DNA from: Pavona decussata
Lineage: Eukaryota
Direction of reading: 5' to 3'
DNA: 64,000 nt
NCBI GenBank assembly: GCA_977016875.1
Contig: CDRNST010000038.1
Coordinates: 1,550,001 to 1,614,000 of the forward strand
The notes under the pieces are model-generated. The model worked only from the letters and a program-made list of their open reading frames with translations, made no database searches and was not told the DNA's origin. The position numbers and the translations under genes are program-made. Position 1 is the stretch's first letter. Each line of letters opens with the position of its first letter. This document shows, one piece after another, positions 60,489-64,000 of this stretch.

Positions 60489-61949
60489 CATCAGTGGGTA
60501 CGGGGAGCCACTATAATGGTCTCCTTAAACTGTACATTCTGTCAACAACAGGCCTTGTTCCTCGTGAAGAAAATTTTCAAGAGCCAACACAATCGTAGTA
60601 TTAGTTGATATCTGTGTATTTATCAGTATGAAAAATCAGAGAATCAGAGAAATAAAACCTTCGATATATTGTGAGAATAGTGTGTTGAATTTGTTTGTAG
60701 GGAAAGAACTTTTGAATATAATTAATATTTACCACAGTTTTGTTTACTGTCTCTGCCATGTTGCCCTAAGTCCATCTGTTTCAATGGTGGTTAGTTGCAT
60801 TTGATATAACGTGATTCCATGATCTTTTCTCTTATTCATCGTCTTAACGACACAGAATTTCTTTGTTTTTCCAGTTTCTCTATTATTCCTTCCGTCGAGC
60901 CACTTTAGTGACAACGCTTACCTCGCCTGCGGCCTCCGAGGGTCACAAACATGGCGGCCGGAAATCAAGGAAAACATCTGAAATCCACTTTTGCTGTAAA
61001 GACGATTAGTTTTCTCTTGTGGTAACATGATTTTACTCTTCATTCAACATTGTACGTTGTTTTTTTTGGTTAATTTATTTCTATTCAGTCTTATACTGTA
61101 AACCGTAAATAAACAACAAACAGCAATTTTTTCTCACTTTTCGGGCGTTTCATCGAAGTCACTTTTTATTGAACATTCACTTCTCGTTGAACTTTGCCTC
61201 CTCACAGATTTGCGTGTTAAAAACACAATTGCTTATCATTAAAGGAATTTTTTCACCGTTGTGCTCGAAGTCTCTACTAAATCAGATCATGTGTTGATCT
61301 ATTTTTTATTTTTTTTCTATTTTCCAAAACACAAACTATAAAGTGTATACTTAAGCATTTGGACATCAAGTTCATGGTATCCGATAGTGGGCCTGGACTG
61401 CCAGTGTTTTACTTGGAATTCAGTAGAATTATTTGCTACTTTCAAGATGGTCGATAACTTTGACCTTCATCAACCTTTAGCTTAATCAATCATCAATAGG
61501 AGCACGCTTTTCATTGGTTGTCAGTACTCTCCGTAAACTACACTCAATCTGATTGGTGCCACATACTGTACCACATAGCATACCAACGCAAAACCGCACA
61601 CCGACATAGCTTCCGAAAATGAACCCGTGTTAACCTCAAAAACTTAAACATAGGTCATGCAGAGGTCATGCACGCTTTGCGTGCTTATGTTAGTGCCTTC
61701 GAACTAAATTTTTTTGTGCACCGCGGCAAATAGCTGCGAATTTTGTTCGTGATTCTTGGGAGCTCGATATCTTCAAACAGGAACTCGAAAAATTGATTTT
61801 TGTTATTGTCTGGTAACGTAATGATTGCATGAAGTTGTGTATGTGGCGAACGCTAAGTCGTGGCATGATCAAAACACCTTGCCCCTCCCCAGCTGGGGCT
61901 CAATTTATTAGACTCTGGTACCCAGTGTTGACCGCGCGTTGTTCCCGAG

Positions 61950-62045
61950 GGTCGGCCATCTTGTTGGCTGCGAAGCTGATGGTTCCATAGCGGGAATTTT
62001 GAAGTGCGTTTGGGGATTTTTGTGGGGCTGCAAGTTAGTGACAAG
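61950..62045 (+). other. Probable non-coding first exon / promoter of a gene continuing beyond the window
   Basis: CpG-richer patch, YY1-like GCCATCTT, upstream ATTGG boxes (~61514, ~61552), AAG|GTATGT donor. Confidence 0.35.
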
Positions 62046-62642
62046 GTATGTACGAGAGGTTTTCACAGACATTTGTATGTTGTGTTTTTCTTAAGGTATT
62101 AAGTCAGAGTGGGATAAGAAAATGAGTTTTGTGGGAGAATTCGAGCCAGTTTAACAAGTCGAATGGCGCTCTTGTGTTGATTTAGAATGACTCAAAACTG
62201 CACGAAAACGCATTCTAACCCAGTGTTAGGATAGGCAACAACAGCATATAATATTTTATTTAATTTATTTAGTAATTTGACTTGTATAAGTATTTGTTAC
62301 TCAAATTGCCAGTCTTAAAAATTCCATACAAACTCCTCACTCCAACAATCTCGTTCCCAGGGTCCTCTTTCTTCCTCCCTCGAGGACCCTGGCTGCCTCT
62401 GGTCACGTGACTTTAAGTACAGTAAACTCCTTTTATTGTGGACATACTAGAGACCGTGAGTTTTTAATAGTGTCCTAAATAGTGAGAGTCTGTAATAGCG
62501 AGAATTTATTTCAGTCCAATGTCTGTAATTTATTTTTGCTGGGAATTTAGCTGCTGTCCGTATTACCAGCATGTCCTTAATAGCGAGGTCTCCTCAAGGC
62601 CAGAGTTGACTGTAGTAGTTAAATGAAAAACAGCTCAGAGTG

Positions 62643-63336
62643 TTCCCTGCTAGCAGAGATCAGTGACATTGAGGAGAGAGACCTCTGCCAACCCCCATCG
62701 GTTCTCTGAAGTAGCTGCACACCAGATTTTTGGTCAAAAACTGACCAGCTTGTGCAATGTGCATGGTCTGTTCAGATTGTACGCTGGAAATTTCTGAGCC
62801 CACAGTTGTCATTGCTTCCGCTAGTTAACAAGTTTTGCAGTTCGATCAGGCTATAAAATAATCCATTTGTTATCTTGGCGATTAAAACATAAAGATAAAA
62901 ATATCCCAGCTTGTAAAGGAAAGTGATACTTGGTTCCCTAAAGGATGTGATATGTTTACTTCTCTTCTGACGGGTTACAGGAAATCTTTAATTTACTAAC
63001 TAGCAGTACGAGTAGATGCGCAGTTGTCTTCTGCTTCTGTTTAGAATTACAAGGATCTTTTCTCTACAGAACCGGTGGTTTTAGTTGTCTCTCCTTTGAA
63101 TGCCCTTAGTAAGGACCAGTTGTCATCTTGTTGTCACATCTCGAAGAATTCTGCTTGTACAGGCTCTCGCCTCTAGCTTATTTTTCGCATACAAACGGGT
63201 TATGCAAGTTGTGTCACATGTGACTATAATGTCACTGTTGTTAAGGAAATGCCAGAACATGCATAATAGGAAATGCGCCGGGGGCTGGCAGTGGTCTCTC
63301 TCCTTCTCACCATCAGAGACCTCTGCTAGCAGGGAA
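62643..63336 (+). mobile_element. AcademH-like non-autonomous transposon carrying a decayed RecQ-type helicase fragment
   Basis: TIR TTCCCTGCTAGCAGAG / CTCTGCTAGCAGGGAA; 9-bp TSD CTCAGAGTG / CTCAGGGTG; KGCDMFTSLLTGYRKSLIY* (motif I) and EPVVLVVSPLNALSKDQL (motif Ia). Confidence 0.8.
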
Positions 63337-64000
63337 CTCAGGGTGCTGATTGTGATTGGAAACAATGTATTTTCTCTCACAGGAAATCAGTAAGCAAATA
63401 AATACCGGTATTCATTATTGTGCTTCATAAATTATATGTAAATAAACAGTTTATTATTGACAAGAAGAATGTATCTGTATTTTCATGTTAGTGATGAATA
63501 ATGCTGTTACTAAAAGAATTATACAGCTGTACATGTATGAACTAAACTTCACTTATTGCTGTAGTCTTAGCTTGAATAAGTGATATTCTGGTAGAATTTA
63601 TGGAAACATTAACTCCAGATAAATGACATGCACCCCCATTTGAACTTCACTAGATTTTACTTGTGTACGATTTTTGCAGACTGCATGAAACTGCCCCAAA
63701 TCTCTTGCATTTCTCTTACTTAATCATGCCTGCTTGAAAATTTCTGTGTGGCTGTTGTAAAATACTCCATTAATTGTCCATAGCGCTTTACAATACTATA
63801 ACTACTCTTAAGGTTAAAAAACTACATCATTCAACAAAATCAGGTACCAATAAATAAAAATTACAAATCAAATGCGTCCTTAAAAAGATAAGTCTTCAGC
63901 TTAGTTTTAAATAAGGTAACTGATGATATTTTCCTAATGTCCAATGTTTTGATCCTGCAACAGAGTATGCCCTATCGCTATACATTTTCAGATTAGCCAC

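Overview
Eukaryotic, AT-rich, repeat-dense genomic DNA with spliceosomal GT-AG introns. The gene set and repeat landscape suggest an anthozoan, probably a stony coral (inference). Five spliced protein-coding genes can be reconstructed with consistent exon phases: (1) DBF4, the CDC7 activator, minus strand, 6 exons visible and running off the left edge; (2) FBXL7, minus strand, 2 exons, with a myristoylation-type MG micro-exon 7 kb upstream of the big exon; (3) RSPH1, the MORN-repeat radial spoke head protein, minus strand, 2 exons, with an RFX X-box in its promoter; (4) a mucin-like single-pass membrane protein, plus strand, with an FDNxxF motif and a PDZ-type tail; (5) a secreted protein of about 285 aa with a 4-Cys WSC-like domain and two VWC domains, plus strand. 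A probable non-coding first exon of a sixth gene lies near 62 kb. Introns and intergenic DNA hold many MITEs: TA-target Tc1/pogo-like elements (one nested in an older relative), elements with 9-bp TSDs that resemble AcademH (one with a decayed RecQ helicase), and long foldbacks. There are also tRNA-derived SINEs, an L2/CR1-type LINE 3' end and Penelope-type minimal hammerhead ribozyme remnants. The most unusual signal is two families of tRNA-headed elements that do not look like canonical SINEs. They carry sequence upstream of the tRNA head, terminal redundancy or self-inverted tails and no poly(A); one family also has 9-11 bp TSDs. This architecture mirrors the Penelope/hammerhead remnants in the same window.
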